Positions 29,810 through 41,708 of a stretch of DNA of 64,000 nucleotides are shown here, piece after piece. Source of the stretch: Obrimoposthia wandeli (lineage: Eukaryota); contig CDROCS010001564.1 of NCBI GenBank assembly GCA_977020255.1, positions 1-64,000 of the forward strand. The letters are read 5' to 3'. Under the pieces are notes generated by a model. That model made no database searches and was not told the DNA's origin. It worked only from the letters and a program-made list of their open reading frames with translations. Numbering within the stretch: the first letter of the stretch is position 1; each line of letters begins with the position of its first letter. The translations under genes were made by a program, and so were the position numbers.

Positions 29810-31001
29810 GCCCGTTTATTTAAATCACCTTGGCTTGATATGCGCCTTGGGTTCTGATCATAAATCAATTTCAAATAAGTTATTTACTGGCTATTCAGAC
29901 AATTTAATACAGACCTCTGAATTCAGTGAGAAGTCTGTTTACTTGGGTAAAGTATCTGAATCTCTACCTGCATTAGAAGAGTTTCCTACTGTTGAACGCA
30001 CACGTAATAATCAGTTATTAAAAGCGGCTTTCAATCAAATTAAAGCGACGCTTACCTCAGACTATGGTCATATAAAAAAAGAACGAATTGGCATTGTGAT
30101 TGGCACCAGTACAAGTGGCATTGCTGAAGGCGAAAAAGCATTAGCCGAGCAAATAAAAACAGGTGACCTACCGGAAGGGTTTGACTACTCCATGCAAGAA
30201 ATGTCTGCCCCTGCCACAGCTCTTGCTGGCTGGGTTGGATCAAAAGGTCCTTGCTATGTTATTTCTACGGCCTGCTCCTCCAGTGCAAAGGCATTGGCCA
30301 GCGCACGCAGGCTTATTCGTTCTGGCATCTGTGATCTGGTAATCGCTGGCGGTGTCGATTCTTTAGCAGGCTTAACCGTCAATGGGTTTGCAGCTTTAGA
30401 TTCTGTAAGCAAAGGAATTTGTAATCCCTACAGCGCATCAAGAGACGGTATTAATATTGGTGAAGGTGCCGCCCTGTTTATGGTCAGTAATAAAGATCTT
30501 ACGACTAATCAAACTCCTGCAATAAGCCTTGCGGGTATCGGTGAATGTTCTGATGCTCATCATATTTCTGCACCAGAACCAGAGGGTAAAGGTGCCGAGC
30601 AGGCCATGCAGTTAGCAATGAGTAACGCTAATATATCCAAACAAGATATTGGCTATATTAATATGCACGGTACCGCTACGATTCAGAATGACCGTATGGA
30701 AGGGCGAGCCATTTATCGCTTATTTAAAGATTCCGTGCCTTGCTCTTCTACCAAAGGCTATACAGGTCATACCTTAGGAGCAGCAGGTGCCATTGAAGCC
30801 GCTTTCTGCTGGCTATTGTTAGCCAATGATAATCCTCATAAAATGCCCGTACATTTATCAGACCATGCAATAGACCCAGAACTTGAACCTATTTCGTTGG
30901 TAAAAGACAATACAGATAATCAGCCCATCAAGTACGCAATGAGTAATTCATTTGCTTTTGGTGGCAATAATATTTCGTTAATTTTAGAGCGCCGATCATA
31001 A
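29799..31001 (+). CDS. Beta-ketoacyl-ACP synthase (ApeO-like)
   Basis: STACSSS, HGTAT, GHTLGAAG, SNSFAFGGNN. Confidence 0.92.
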   Translation: MKNEPVYLNHLGLICALGSDHKSISNKLFTGYSDNLIQTSEFSEKSVYLGKVSESLPALEEFPTVERTRNNQLLKAAFNQIKATLTSDYGHIKKERIGIVIGTSTSGIAEGEKALAEQIKTGDLPEGFDYSMQEMSAPATALAGWVGSKGPCYVISTACSSSAKALASARRLIRSGICDLVIAGGVDSLAGLTVNGFAALDSVSKGICNPYSASRDGINIGEGAALFMVSNKDLTTNQTPAISLAGIGECSDAHHISAPEPEGKGAEQAMQLAMSNANISKQDIGYINMHGTATIQNDRMEGRAIYRLFKDSVPCSSTKGYTGHTLGAAGAIEAAFCWLLLANDNPHKMPVHLSDHAIDPELEPISLVKDNTDNQPIKYAMSNSFAFGGNNISLILERRS

Positions 31002-31456
31002 TGACGTACCCCATTGATGAATTGGTTCCACATTCCGGAACCATGAGTTTATTAGACAGGGTGGTCGAGTCTGGTGAAGACTGGCTGACTGCTGAAGTCA
31101 TTATTGGCCCTGAAACTTTATTTCTGAACAATGATACAGTTCCAGCTTGGGTCGGTATCGAATATATGGCACAAGCCATTGCAGCCTTCGCTGGCACTCT
31201 CGCTAAAGCGAATCAACAAAATGTTAAACTGGGGTTTTTACTCGGTACGAGAAAATATACCTCTTCCGTTTCAGATTTTCCTATCGGCACTCGATTATTA
31301 ATTCATGTCGAGAAGGAGTTGCAATCTGACGATGGCCTCGGCGTTTTCAATTGCTCTATTAATGCAGATAATATTTTAGTAAATGCTCGACTTAATGTAT
31401 TTCAACCAAAGAGTGCCGAGCAATATTTTGCAGAAGAAGGATTAAAAAGTGAATAA
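31001..31456 (+). CDS. Hot-dog dehydratase partner (ApeP-like)
   Basis: ELVPHSGTMSLLD, EYMAQAIAAFAG, GFLLGTR. Confidence 0.85.
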   Translation: MTYPIDELVPHSGTMSLLDRVVESGEDWLTAEVIIGPETLFLNNDTVPAWVGIEYMAQAIAAFAGTLAKANQQNVKLGFLLGTRKYTSSVSDFPIGTRLLIHVEKELQSDDGLGVFNCSINADNILVNARLNVFQPKSAEQYFAEEGLKSE

Positions 31457-32180
31457 CGATAAGACAATTTTAGTGACAGGTTCAAGCCGAGGTATCGGCC
31501 GTGCGATTGCATTAAGATTAGCAAAGGATGGCTTTGATATTGTTATTCATTGTCGCTCTGGATTAGAACAGGCGCAAGAAACACAAGCAGGAGTTGAAGC
31601 GCTAGGCCGTAAGGCCCGCATTATTCAATTTGATATTGCTAATCGAAAAGAAACTCATGATGTATTAATGGCTGACATCGAAGAGTTTGAAATGTATTAC
31701 GGTATTGTCTGTAATGCAGGATTAACACGTGATAACGCTTACCCAGCGATGAGTCCTGAAGACTGGGACTTAGTTGTACACACCAATCTCGATGGCTTCT
31801 TTAATGTCACTCATCCTTTAACAATGCCGTTAATACGTCGTCGTAAGCCTGGGCGTATCGTTGCGATATCTTCAGTATCAGGTGTTATTGGTAATCGTGG
31901 GCAAGTAAATTACAGCGCATCGAAAGCAGGGCTGATTGGTGCCTGTAAAGCATTAGCCGTTGAACTGGCTAAGCGTGCGATTACTGTTAACTGTGTTGCA
32001 CCAGGGTTAATCGAGACCGAGATGGTTGAAAATGTGCACATTGAAGAAGCTCTAAAAATGATCCCTGCAAAGCGTATGGGTCAGCCTGAAGAAGTCGCTG
32101 CAGCTGTCAGCTTTTTAATGGCTGAGGACGCAGGTTATGTCACTCGCCAAGTAATATCCGTAAACGGTGGTATGTGTTAA
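31449..32180 (+). CDS. fabG: 3-oxoacyl-ACP reductase (ApeQ-like FabG paralog)
   Basis: TGSSRGIG, CNAG, NYSASK, NCVAPG. Confidence 0.9.
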   Translation: MNNDKTILVTGSSRGIGRAIALRLAKDGFDIVIHCRSGLEQAQETQAGVEALGRKARIIQFDIANRKETHDVLMADIEEFEMYYGIVCNAGLTRDNAYPAMSPEDWDLVVHTNLDGFFNVTHPLTMPLIRRRKPGRIVAISSVSGVIGNRGQVNYSASKAGLIGACKALAVELAKRAITVNCVAPGLIETEMVENVHIEEALKMIPAKRMGQPEEVAAAVSFLMAEDAGYVTRQVISVNGGMC

Positions 32181-33409
32181 TGAACAGAGTTGTAATCACT
32201 GGCATGGCTGGCTTGTCTCCTATCGGACTTGATTGGGAAACAATTTCTCATAACCTTAAAAGCATGAAAACAGGTATTCGTTATATTGAAGATTGGGAAA
32301 AGTACCAAGGCTTAGATACTCGATTGGCTGCACCGATAGAAAATTTTGAAAAACCAGAACATTACACACGCAAACAAACTCGCAGCATGGGGCGTGTTGC
32401 ATTGATGGCAACTAGAGCAACGGAATTAGCGTTAGAGCAGGCTGGTTTATTAAACGACGAACGTATTCAAGATGGTCGTATGGGGGTCTCATTTGGCTCC
32501 TCTAGCGGCACGCCTGATGCCGTTGCAGACTTTGCCCAGATGAAACTTAATAACAGCACTCGTGGGTTAACTGCGACGTCTTACATTAAAATGATGGCTC
32601 ATACGGCCCCGGTAAATATCGGAGTTTTCTTTGGTTTAAAAGGCCGAGTGATCACTACATCTAGCGCTTGTACTTCGGGTAGCCAAGGTATCGGTTATGC
32701 TTATGAAGCGATAAAATTTGGTCGCCAAGAAATGATGGTAGCCGGTGGTTGTGAAGAGTTATGCGCGACGGAAGCTGCTGTCTTCGATACGTTATTCGCT
32801 ACTAGCACCAAAAACGATACTCCAGATAAAACACCATCGCCGTTTGATAAGAATCGTGATGGCCTGGTCATCGGTGAAGGAGCAGGTGCCCTAATTTTGG
32901 AGTCGCTCGAGTCTGCACAATCTCGAGGGGCAAAGATTCTTGCAGAAATCGTTGGTTTTGGCAGCAACTCTGATGGCACCCACGTAACTCAACCAAACGC
33001 GAAGACCATGCAAAAAGCGATGGAATTAGCATTACAAGATGCGAATATTAGCGCCGATAAAATTGGTTATGTTAGTGCTCACGGCACATCAACTGATCGT
33101 GGAGACGTTGCTGAAACGACAGCGACCTTTAGTGTATTCGGTAAAAACATCGCCATTAGTTCAATGAAAAGTTTTACCGGGCATACCCTTGGCGCTTGCG
33201 GTGCTTTAGAAGCCCAGGCATCGATCAATATGATGAAAGAAGGCTGGTTTCATGCAACGGCCAACTTAACCGAAATTGATCCTGAGTGTGGCGATTTGGA
33301 TTACATCAGAGATGAAGTTCGTGAGCTACATACAGATCATGTCATGAGTAATAATTTCGCTTTTGGTGGCATTAACACATCGCTAATTTTTAAACGCTGG
33401 CAAGACTAG
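32180..33409 (+). CDS. Beta-ketoacyl-ACP synthase II-like (ApeR-like)
   Basis: SACTSG, HGTST, GHTLGACG, NNFAFGGIN; ATG at 32180 overlaps the fabG stop. Confidence 0.92.
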   Translation: MNRVVITGMAGLSPIGLDWETISHNLKSMKTGIRYIEDWEKYQGLDTRLAAPIENFEKPEHYTRKQTRSMGRVALMATRATELALEQAGLLNDERIQDGRMGVSFGSSSGTPDAVADFAQMKLNNSTRGLTATSYIKMMAHTAPVNIGVFFGLKGRVITTSSACTSGSQGIGYAYEAIKFGRQEMMVAGGCEELCATEAAVFDTLFATSTKNDTPDKTPSPFDKNRDGLVIGEGAGALILESLESAQSRGAKILAEIVGFGSNSDGTHVTQPNAKTMQKAMELALQDANISADKIGYVSAHGTSTDRGDVAETTATFSVFGKNIAISSMKSFTGHTLGACGALEAQASINMMKEGWFHATANLTEIDPECGDLDYIRDEVRELHTDHVMSNNFAFGGINTSLIFKRWQD

Positions 33410-33435
33410 CCGTTTGGTAATTTTCATAACGCCAT

Positions 33436-33476
33436 AAAAAAACCGCTGACTGCTATTTGCAGTGAGCGGTTTTTTT
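33436..33476. terminator. Bidirectional rho-independent terminator
   Basis: A7-CCGCT-G-ACTGC-TATTT-GCAGT-G-AGCGG-T7 between convergent genes. Confidence 0.85.
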
Positions 33477-33512
33477 GTGCATGAAATAAAAACGTCTTAT
33501 TTTTTAATACAC

Positions 33513-34592
33513 TTAAGCTTTCTTAACGCACTTAAACAAAGTATGGCCTGCACCGATATCATCGATATCCGTTTCAACCATTAAGCCTGCCTGATGCAGA
33601 AGCTTAATCATGTCTTTAGAGTGATACATACGGCTGTTGCCGTTCGCCATCGCTGTAAAGTATAACGACGTCGCATTAATACTATAAGCCGCGGCTTCAT
33701 AGCGCTGACGATCCCAGTAAGTGTCCATAATATACAGGCTCGTATCACCTGTCATGGCCACTGCTGCACGTTTGAGAATACTTAAAATTTGCTCTTCAGA
33801 GAAACAGTCTAAAAACTGGCTCATCCAAATAACGTCTGCACCTTCAACAAAAGGCGCTTCATTATCGAGAAGATTAATTGGGTGACCGCTAATACGATCG
33901 GCAAACCCTTGTTCTTCAGCATTTTCTTTCATTACCTTAATTTGCTGTGGCAAATCCATGATGGTGACATTAACGTCTTCATCAAAGCGCACGCAAGATA
34001 ATGCCCATTTCCCAGTATTCCCACCTACATCAACAAGATGCTTTGGCTTATCTTTAAACACAATCGGCAATACTTCTGGGAAAGAATGATCTGAATAATA
34101 ATGATCAAATTTAAACCAACTTTCTTTCGCTTTTTCAGGCAGTGATGTTAGAGCAGGGTAGATTGTTGGCCAATCACCAAAGACTTTTAAGCCTTCTGGT
34201 TTACCATTACGAATAGCAGCTTCCATCTCATACAAGCCTTCGTAGCAAACGTCTTGAGTGAAGTCTAAGTTAATGCGAGCCATCTGGTCACCCAATAAAA
34301 AGTAACCTACTTTATCAAGTACATAATGAGTGTCGTCTTTTAACCAAACAACATTCATCGATAACGCCATATCCAATAGGACCTTTACGCCATATTCTGA
34401 AATACCTGTTTTTTCATTCAAGTACTCAGCATTTGCCCCTGCTTGACCCGCTTCAGAAACGGCTTCAAGTATTCCTGTACGGATTAACGTTACACCCGTT
34501 TGAAAAGCAAAGGGAGCAAAGGCAATTTTTTGCGCTTCTAATTTTGCATTTATTGCAGAAATTGTATGTGGCTTAGAATAAAGGGTCATCAA
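33513..34592 (-). CDS. Class I SAM-dependent methyltransferase (ApeB-like)
   Basis: LVDVGGNTG, IMDLP, IWMSQFLDCF; N-terminal dimerisation helix region. Confidence 0.88.
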   Translation of the reverse strand: MMTLYSKPHTISAINAKLEAQKIAFAPFAFQTGVTLIRTGILEAVSEAGQAGANAEYLNEKTGISEYGVKVLLDMALSMNVVWLKDDTHYVLDKVGYFLLGDQMARINLDFTQDVCYEGLYEMEAAIRNGKPEGLKVFGDWPTIYPALTSLPEKAKESWFKFDHYYSDHSFPEVLPIVFKDKPKHLVDVGGNTGKWALSCVRFDEDVNVTIMDLPQQIKVMKENAEEQGFADRISGHPINLLDNEAPFVEGADVIWMSQFLDCFSEEQILSILKRAAVAMTGDTSLYIMDTYWDRQRYEAAAYSINATSLYFTAMANGNSRMYHSKDMIKLLHQAGLMVETDIDDIGAGHTLFKCVKKA

Positions 34593-34753
34593 AAAAACCT
34601 AATCGTCTGAATATATATAGAAAAAGAAAGCATAATGCCATAAGCACCTATAGAAAACTATGTTCCATAATATAGGTGTAATATGGCATAATTAATTTAT
34701 TGATCCGGTGAAAATCACTCGACAAATGCCATTACATATTAAAGGATTCACCC

Positions 34754-35008
34754 TTGAACACTTTGGAACTTGAGCTTAAAACGCTAATTATTGAAACCTT
34801 AAATTTAGAAGATTTAACAGCTGCTGATATTAAAAGCGAAGATGCTTTATTTGGTGAAGGCTTAGGCTTAGATTCAATCGATGCGCTTGAGTTGGGTGTT
34901 GCTCTTAAGAAGCAGTACAACATAACTTTAGATGCCGATTCTGAAGAAACGCGCGCTCATTTTGCATCAGTATCTGCACTGGCTAAATTGGTAAGCTCTT
35001 ACCAATAA
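34754..35008 (+). CDS. Second acyl carrier protein
   Basis: LFGEGLGLDSIDALELG; TTG start preceded by AAAGGA. Confidence 0.9.
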   Translation: MNTLELELKTLIIETLNLEDLTAADIKSEDALFGEGLGLDSIDALELGVALKKQYNITLDADSEETRAHFASVSALAKLVSSYQ

Positions 35009-35068
35009 TTGCTAGCGAGCCAAATAACTCTTTATTTGGCTTCTTTATTCTTTTTCCTTGGCTCTGTT

Positions 35069-35818
35069 ATGTCCTATTGCTTCTTAATTCCTTGCTACAA
35101 CCATGGTAAAACCTTGCGAGCTACGTTAGAAAACTTACAAGTTTTTGGCCTAACGGTTCTCGTAATTGATGATGGTTCGGATGCAGAAAATGCTGCATTA
35201 ATTAATGCAGCATGCTCAGACTTTGATTTTGCTGACTTACATGTAAAAGGTAGAAATAGTGGCAAGGGCGGCGCCGTAATAACAGGAATGCTATTAGCCT
35301 CGGCTAGGGGGTTTAGTCATGCTGTTCAAATTGACGCCGATGGCCAACACAATATCAATGATGCTCACCTATTAATTGATAAATCTGAACGAAACCCTAA
35401 TACCTTAATTTGTGGCCGACCTATTTATGACGAGTCTATTCCTAAGCACCGTTATTATGCTCGATATATAACTCATGTTTGGGTATGGATAGAGACCTTG
35501 TCTTTTTCAATACCTGATTCAATGTGTGGATTTCGGGTATACCCACTATCGGCCTGTAAAACCCTCCTTAATAGCACTAAGGTAGGCAAATATATGGATT
35601 TTGATGGTGAGTTGATTGTCCGTCTTTATTGGCAAAAAGTACCGATGATATTCATCCCGACTAAAGTCATTTACCCTGAAAATGGTAGTTCTAACTTTAG
35701 AGCACTACAGGATAATGTTTTGATCAGTTGGATGCATACACGGTTATTTTTCGGGATGGTATTAAGAAGCCCTAAACTCATAATGAGAAAATTATCTCGT
35801 CATCAAATTGAGAAATAA
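35069..35818 (+). CDS. Glycosyltransferase family 2 (N-terminal half of ApeJ-like)
   Basis: LIPCYNH, VIDDGS, GKGGAV, QIDADGQH, DSMCGFRVYP; likely ATG at 35069. Confidence 0.88.
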   Translation: MSYCFLIPCYNHGKTLRATLENLQVFGLTVLVIDDGSDAENAALINAACSDFDFADLHVKGRNSGKGGAVITGMLLASARGFSHAVQIDADGQHNINDAHLLIDKSERNPNTLICGRPIYDESIPKHRYYARYITHVWVWIETLSFSIPDSMCGFRVYPLSACKTLLNSTKVGKYMDFDGELIVRLYWQKVPMIFIPTKVIYPENGSSNFRALQDNVLISWMHTRLFFGMVLRSPKLIMRKLSRHQIEK

Positions 35819-35820
35819 TT

Positions 35821-36753
35821 ATGAGAAAAATTCCAAACCAACATTGGTCCAAAGTCAGCGAACGTGGAAGTTCACTCGGGATTTCAACTTTATATACTAT
35901 CTACAATATTTTTGGTAAACCCAGTTTTTACCTGATCCTTATTCCTGTTTTGTTATTCTTTTATTTAACAGGCAAAGAACAACGCCTAGCGGTTATAGCA
36001 TTTCAAAAAAAAGTCACTCAGCAGCGTAACTTAAAAGGCTTACCAACTCCCAAGCTCAACCCCTTTTTACAGTATTTTGAATTTGGCCGTTCAGCATTAG
36101 ATAAAATCACAGCATGGCTTGGTAAAATTACTCTTGAAGATATGACCTTTAATAACAAGCCGCAAATGCTAGAGATTGTAGCTAAGCAAAGAGGAGGGGT
36201 TATTTTAACGTCTCACTTGGGCAATATGGAGGTGTGTCGAGCACTTAGCGAAGGTTTTCCAGGTTTAAAAGTAAACGCGCTTGTTCATACTCAGAATGCA
36301 GTAAAGTTTAATCAGCTATTACAAACTATTTCACCGACCTCTGGTATCAACCTGATAGAGGTTAGTGAGCTGGGGCCTGATACTGCTATGAAGTTATTAG
36401 ATAAGATAGAGCAGGGTGAGTACATTGCCATTGTGGGCGATAGAACCTCGATTGCTCAACATGGTCGTATTATTGAAGCTGATTTCTTAGGAGAAACAGC
36501 GTTCTTTCCTGAAGGGCCCTTTATTTTAGCCTCTATTTTAAAAAGTCCTGTTTATTTTATGAGCTGTATTCGTTCTGAAAAGGGATTTTCAGTTGATTTC
36601 ATTCCATATAAAGACAAACTTATTCTTATACGCAAACAACGACAAGAGAGCTTACAGGTTGCTGTCCAGGACTATGCAAACTGGCTTTCCGACTTGGCTA
36701 TTAAAGCGCCGTATCAATGGTTTAATTTTTTTGATATTTGGGAAAGAAAATAA
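35821..36753 (+). CDS. LpxL-like acyltransferase (C-terminal half of ApeJ-like)
   Basis: HWSKVSERGS, SHLGNME, VGDRT, FPEGPF, PYQWFNFFDIW. Confidence 0.85.
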   Translation: MRKIPNQHWSKVSERGSSLGISTLYTIYNIFGKPSFYLILIPVLLFFYLTGKEQRLAVIAFQKKVTQQRNLKGLPTPKLNPFLQYFEFGRSALDKITAWLGKITLEDMTFNNKPQMLEIVAKQRGGVILTSHLGNMEVCRALSEGFPGLKVNALVHTQNAVKFNQLLQTISPTSGINLIEVSELGPDTAMKLLDKIEQGEYIAIVGDRTSIAQHGRIIEADFLGETAFFPEGPFILASILKSPVYFMSCIRSEKGFSVDFIPYKDKLILIRKQRQESLQVAVQDYANWLSDLAIKAPYQWFNFFDIWERK

Positions 36754-36798
36754 GACCTTGCACAGAATTTAATTCATCAAGGTCTCTGTTAATGGCCG

Positions 36799-37362
36799 TT
36801 ACCTTTTAATCCTTTCGACCTTGCCATTGTCATCAAAAACAACATCGAATGTATTAAATCGGCTACTCCAGTATTTCCAAACATTATCTTTCAAAGACTT
36901 CGTTTTATGCACTGGAGGATGTCCAATAGCCAAAATAACGCCTTCTTTAGTCATCCCTTTAAATACTTTACCCGCTAATAACCCTTCTTTATCAATAGCA
37001 TTAAGATTTCTTAATTTTGATTTTTGACAGGAGGTATTGAAATATTTTTTAATATTTTCTTCGAACGATCCACTCGCTTTATGATACAAATATTGGTATT
37101 GCTCACCCTTTGTTTCAAAGATCAGTTTCTTTTTACTGACATCTAATAATTGAACTTCTGTGCAACGTGGAATAAAACCAGCTTGCTGATAATTAATTGA
37201 ATATAAACGTTTTCTTTGTTCGTCAGGATGAAGGTTTGTTTGTGTATATACCTTATCTGCATCCAGCATCGTTTGTTCACCATTGCCTGTTAATAGCTTT
37301 GGTGCACTTGCACATGCCGTTAAAGCAATTGTGGTGATTATTAACATCGTATTTTTAAACAT
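36799..37362 (-). CDS. Lipoprotein with a C-terminal SmpA/BamE-like domain
   Basis: Lipobox LTAC; GMTKEGVILAIGHP...WKYW...VVFDDNGKV. Confidence 0.6.
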   Translation of the reverse strand: MFKNTMLIITTIALTACASAPKLLTGNGEQTMLDADKVYTQTNLHPDEQRKRLYSINYQQAGFIPRCTEVQLLDVSKKKLIFETKGEQYQYLYHKASGSFEENIKKYFNTSCQKSKLRNLNAIDKEGLLAGKVFKGMTKEGVILAIGHPPVHKTKSLKDNVWKYWSSRFNTFDVVFDDNGKVERIKR

Positions 37363-37411
37363 ATTATTTCCTTATATGAAGTTAAATTATTTCAGTAAGT
37401 ATAATTAACGG

Positions 37412-37840
37412 TTACCAAAAAGTTCTATAACGTCTATGGCAAGCGTTACAAGCATTTCCAGCCTCATCCCAATTTTCAATAACTGCTCTTTTATCTTTAT
37501 TTTTTATTGATTCATCAATCTTCTCTATTGATCCTGCTAGTCCATTAAAACGTTTTTCAAAATCTTCTAAATTACTCCAAATACGTTCACGTGCTCTCGT
37601 ATTTTTATAACTGTTAGCAGGAAATGATTGCTTTAAAAAGCGAATATCATCATTAAGATCCTGGCTGATTAAATCTATCTCATTCCAGTTGATTTCTGAC
37701 TTTTCTGCGGCATCAATTACCAATTCGAGGTTATCTTCGATATTAGTAAAAGCTTGTTTCCTTTCTAAAGATAGCGCTCTGAAATCTTCACTAAAAGCAT
37801 AGTGTGAAAATAGCAGACAAATAATTATTAAATATTTCAT
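37412..37840 (-). CDS. Cytochrome c' (class II c-type cytochrome)
   Basis: Signal peptide, TRARERIWSNLEDF, C-terminal CNACH haem motif. Confidence 0.85.
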   Translation of the reverse strand: MKYLIIICLLFSHYAFSEDFRALSLERKQAFTNIEDNLELVIDAAEKSEINWNEIDLISQDLNDDIRFLKQSFPANSYKNTRARERIWSNLEDFEKRFNGLAGSIEKIDESIKNKDKRAVIENWDEAGNACNACHRRYRTFW

Positions 37841-37912
37841 GTGTACCTCAATGATTTATTTTTAAGTAATTTAACATTTAACCAGTTAAAAAGATTTTTT
37901 CATAACTTTCTT

Positions 37913-37950
37913 AAAAAAAAAGAGAAGCCCATTTCTGGTGCTTCTCTTTT
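37913..37950 (-). terminator. Terminator downstream of gyrB
   Basis: AAAAGAGAAGC ... GCTTCTCTTTT stem with a long A-run on the distal side. Confidence 0.75.
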
Positions 37951-37969
37951 GAACTAACGTGGATATTTT

Positions 37970-40477
<2,508 letters not shown>

Positions 40478-40596
40478 TCATTCAATAAGTTTCGTTATTG
40501 GATGAACACTATGACCATTTTTTTCTGTGTATTTGTTATGAAAACTAGAATACTTATTCTTTTATCTAATATTCATCATTCTATAATTAACTAAGG

Positions 40597-41688
40597 TTAA
40601 TCAGTTGGAGTCTTATCACTAATATTTCCATGTTCCACGTGGAACATTTTGCAGCCTTCAGGCTTCCACATATCACTAATACTATTGTGTTCGATACTGG
40701 TGATAAAGACCTGACATTTTAAATCTTCTAGTAACTGACATAGAGCAGATCGATGTTTTTCATCTAGCTCTGACGCCAGGTCATCTACCAGGTAGATTGT
40801 ACTGCGCTCCGTCTCCTGCTGAAACAATACGCCCTGAGAAAGCTTAAGCGCGGCTACAACGGCTTTTTGCTGCCCACGTGACAAGATGTCAGCGGCATTC
40901 ATGTTATCGACTTTAATACGTAATTCAGCGCGTTGTGGACCAGATTGTGTATGCCCTATCTGTAAATCACGTTCGCGTTGTTTATGTAAAATGTCGATTA
41001 ATTCTGACTTCCTTTCCCAGCCGGGATAGAAGGATAATTGCACGTCTAGATTAGCATCTAATCGGTTTAAAGTATGCTGAAATACAGGGACTAAGCGCTC
41101 TATATAAGCCTTTCTTGATTCGTTCACAGCATTGGCTGCTTTCACGAAACCTTTATCCCAAACATCCAGCCAATCAGGTTGTTGCTTCTTTAATACCGCA
41201 TTACGTTGCTGCAGTAGTTTTTTGAACTCTCGCCATTGATCTAAAAAGGAATGTTCCACGTGGAACACACCCCAATCAATAAACTGACGGCGCTCTTGTG
41301 GCGAGCCTGATAACAGTCTGAAAGTATTGGGTTCTATAATTTGTACAGGAAGCCAGGAAGAGGCTTCGGCTTGGGAGTGAAGAGCTTCACCATTTAGTTT
41401 AATCACTTTGTCACCACTGCGACTGCGCTGTACACCTAAACGAGCATTGCCTAATCGATTATCATCAATCTCAGCAAATAATACACACTCGTCCATATCA
41501 TGTTGGATAACAGGTTTTAATAAGTGATGACGAAAAGATTTTCCACTAGCGAGTATATACAGGGCTTCAAGCAAACTGCTTTTACCACTACCGTTTTCAC
41601 CGTAGATAAAATTAACCCCCAGAGCGGGGGTTAATGATAGCGGTTGTAAGTTACGTACACCGCTGACTTGTAAACGTTTTATCGGCAT
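40597..41688 (-). CDS. recF: DNA replication/repair protein RecF
   Basis: GENGSGKSSLLEA, LSRGQQK, LVDDLASELD. Confidence 0.96.
   Translation of the reverse strand: MPIKRLQVSGVRNLQPLSLTPALGVNFIYGENGSGKSSLLEALYILASGKSFRHHLLKPVIQHDMDECVLFAEIDDNRLGNARLGVQRSRSGDKVIKLNGEALHSQAEASSWLPVQIIEPNTFRLLSGSPQERRQFIDWGVFHVEHSFLDQWREFKKLLQQRNAVLKKQQPDWLDVWDKGFVKAANAVNESRKAYIERLVPVFQHTLNRLDANLDVQLSFYPGWERKSELIDILHKQRERDLQIGHTQSGPQRAELRIKVDNMNAADILSRGQQKAVVAALKLSQGVLFQQETERSTIYLVDDLASELDEKHRSALCQLLEDLKCQVFITSIEHNSISDMWKPEGCKMFHVEHGNISDKTPTD
40631..40646. other. parS centromere-like site (inside recF)
   Basis: Perfect palindrome TGTTCCACGTGGAACA, the Pseudomonas-type parS. Confidence 0.9.
41252..41267. other. 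parS centromere-like site (inside recF)
   Basis: Second perfect TGTTCCACGTGGAACA. Confidence 0.9.
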
Positions 41689-41708
41689 AAAAGAGCCAGC
41701 TGCTACAA

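Larger units (their letters stand above)
19237..36753. other. Aryl-polyene (APE)-like type II PKS biosynthetic gene cluster
   Basis: CLF-like KS, two KS, KR, two hot-dog DH, two ACP, adenylation enzyme, thioesterase, LolA-like, MMPL, DUF3261-like lipoprotein, two acyltransferases, GT2, methyltransferase, ammonia-lyase and PPTase. Main operon follows the ape gene order. Confidence 0.85.
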
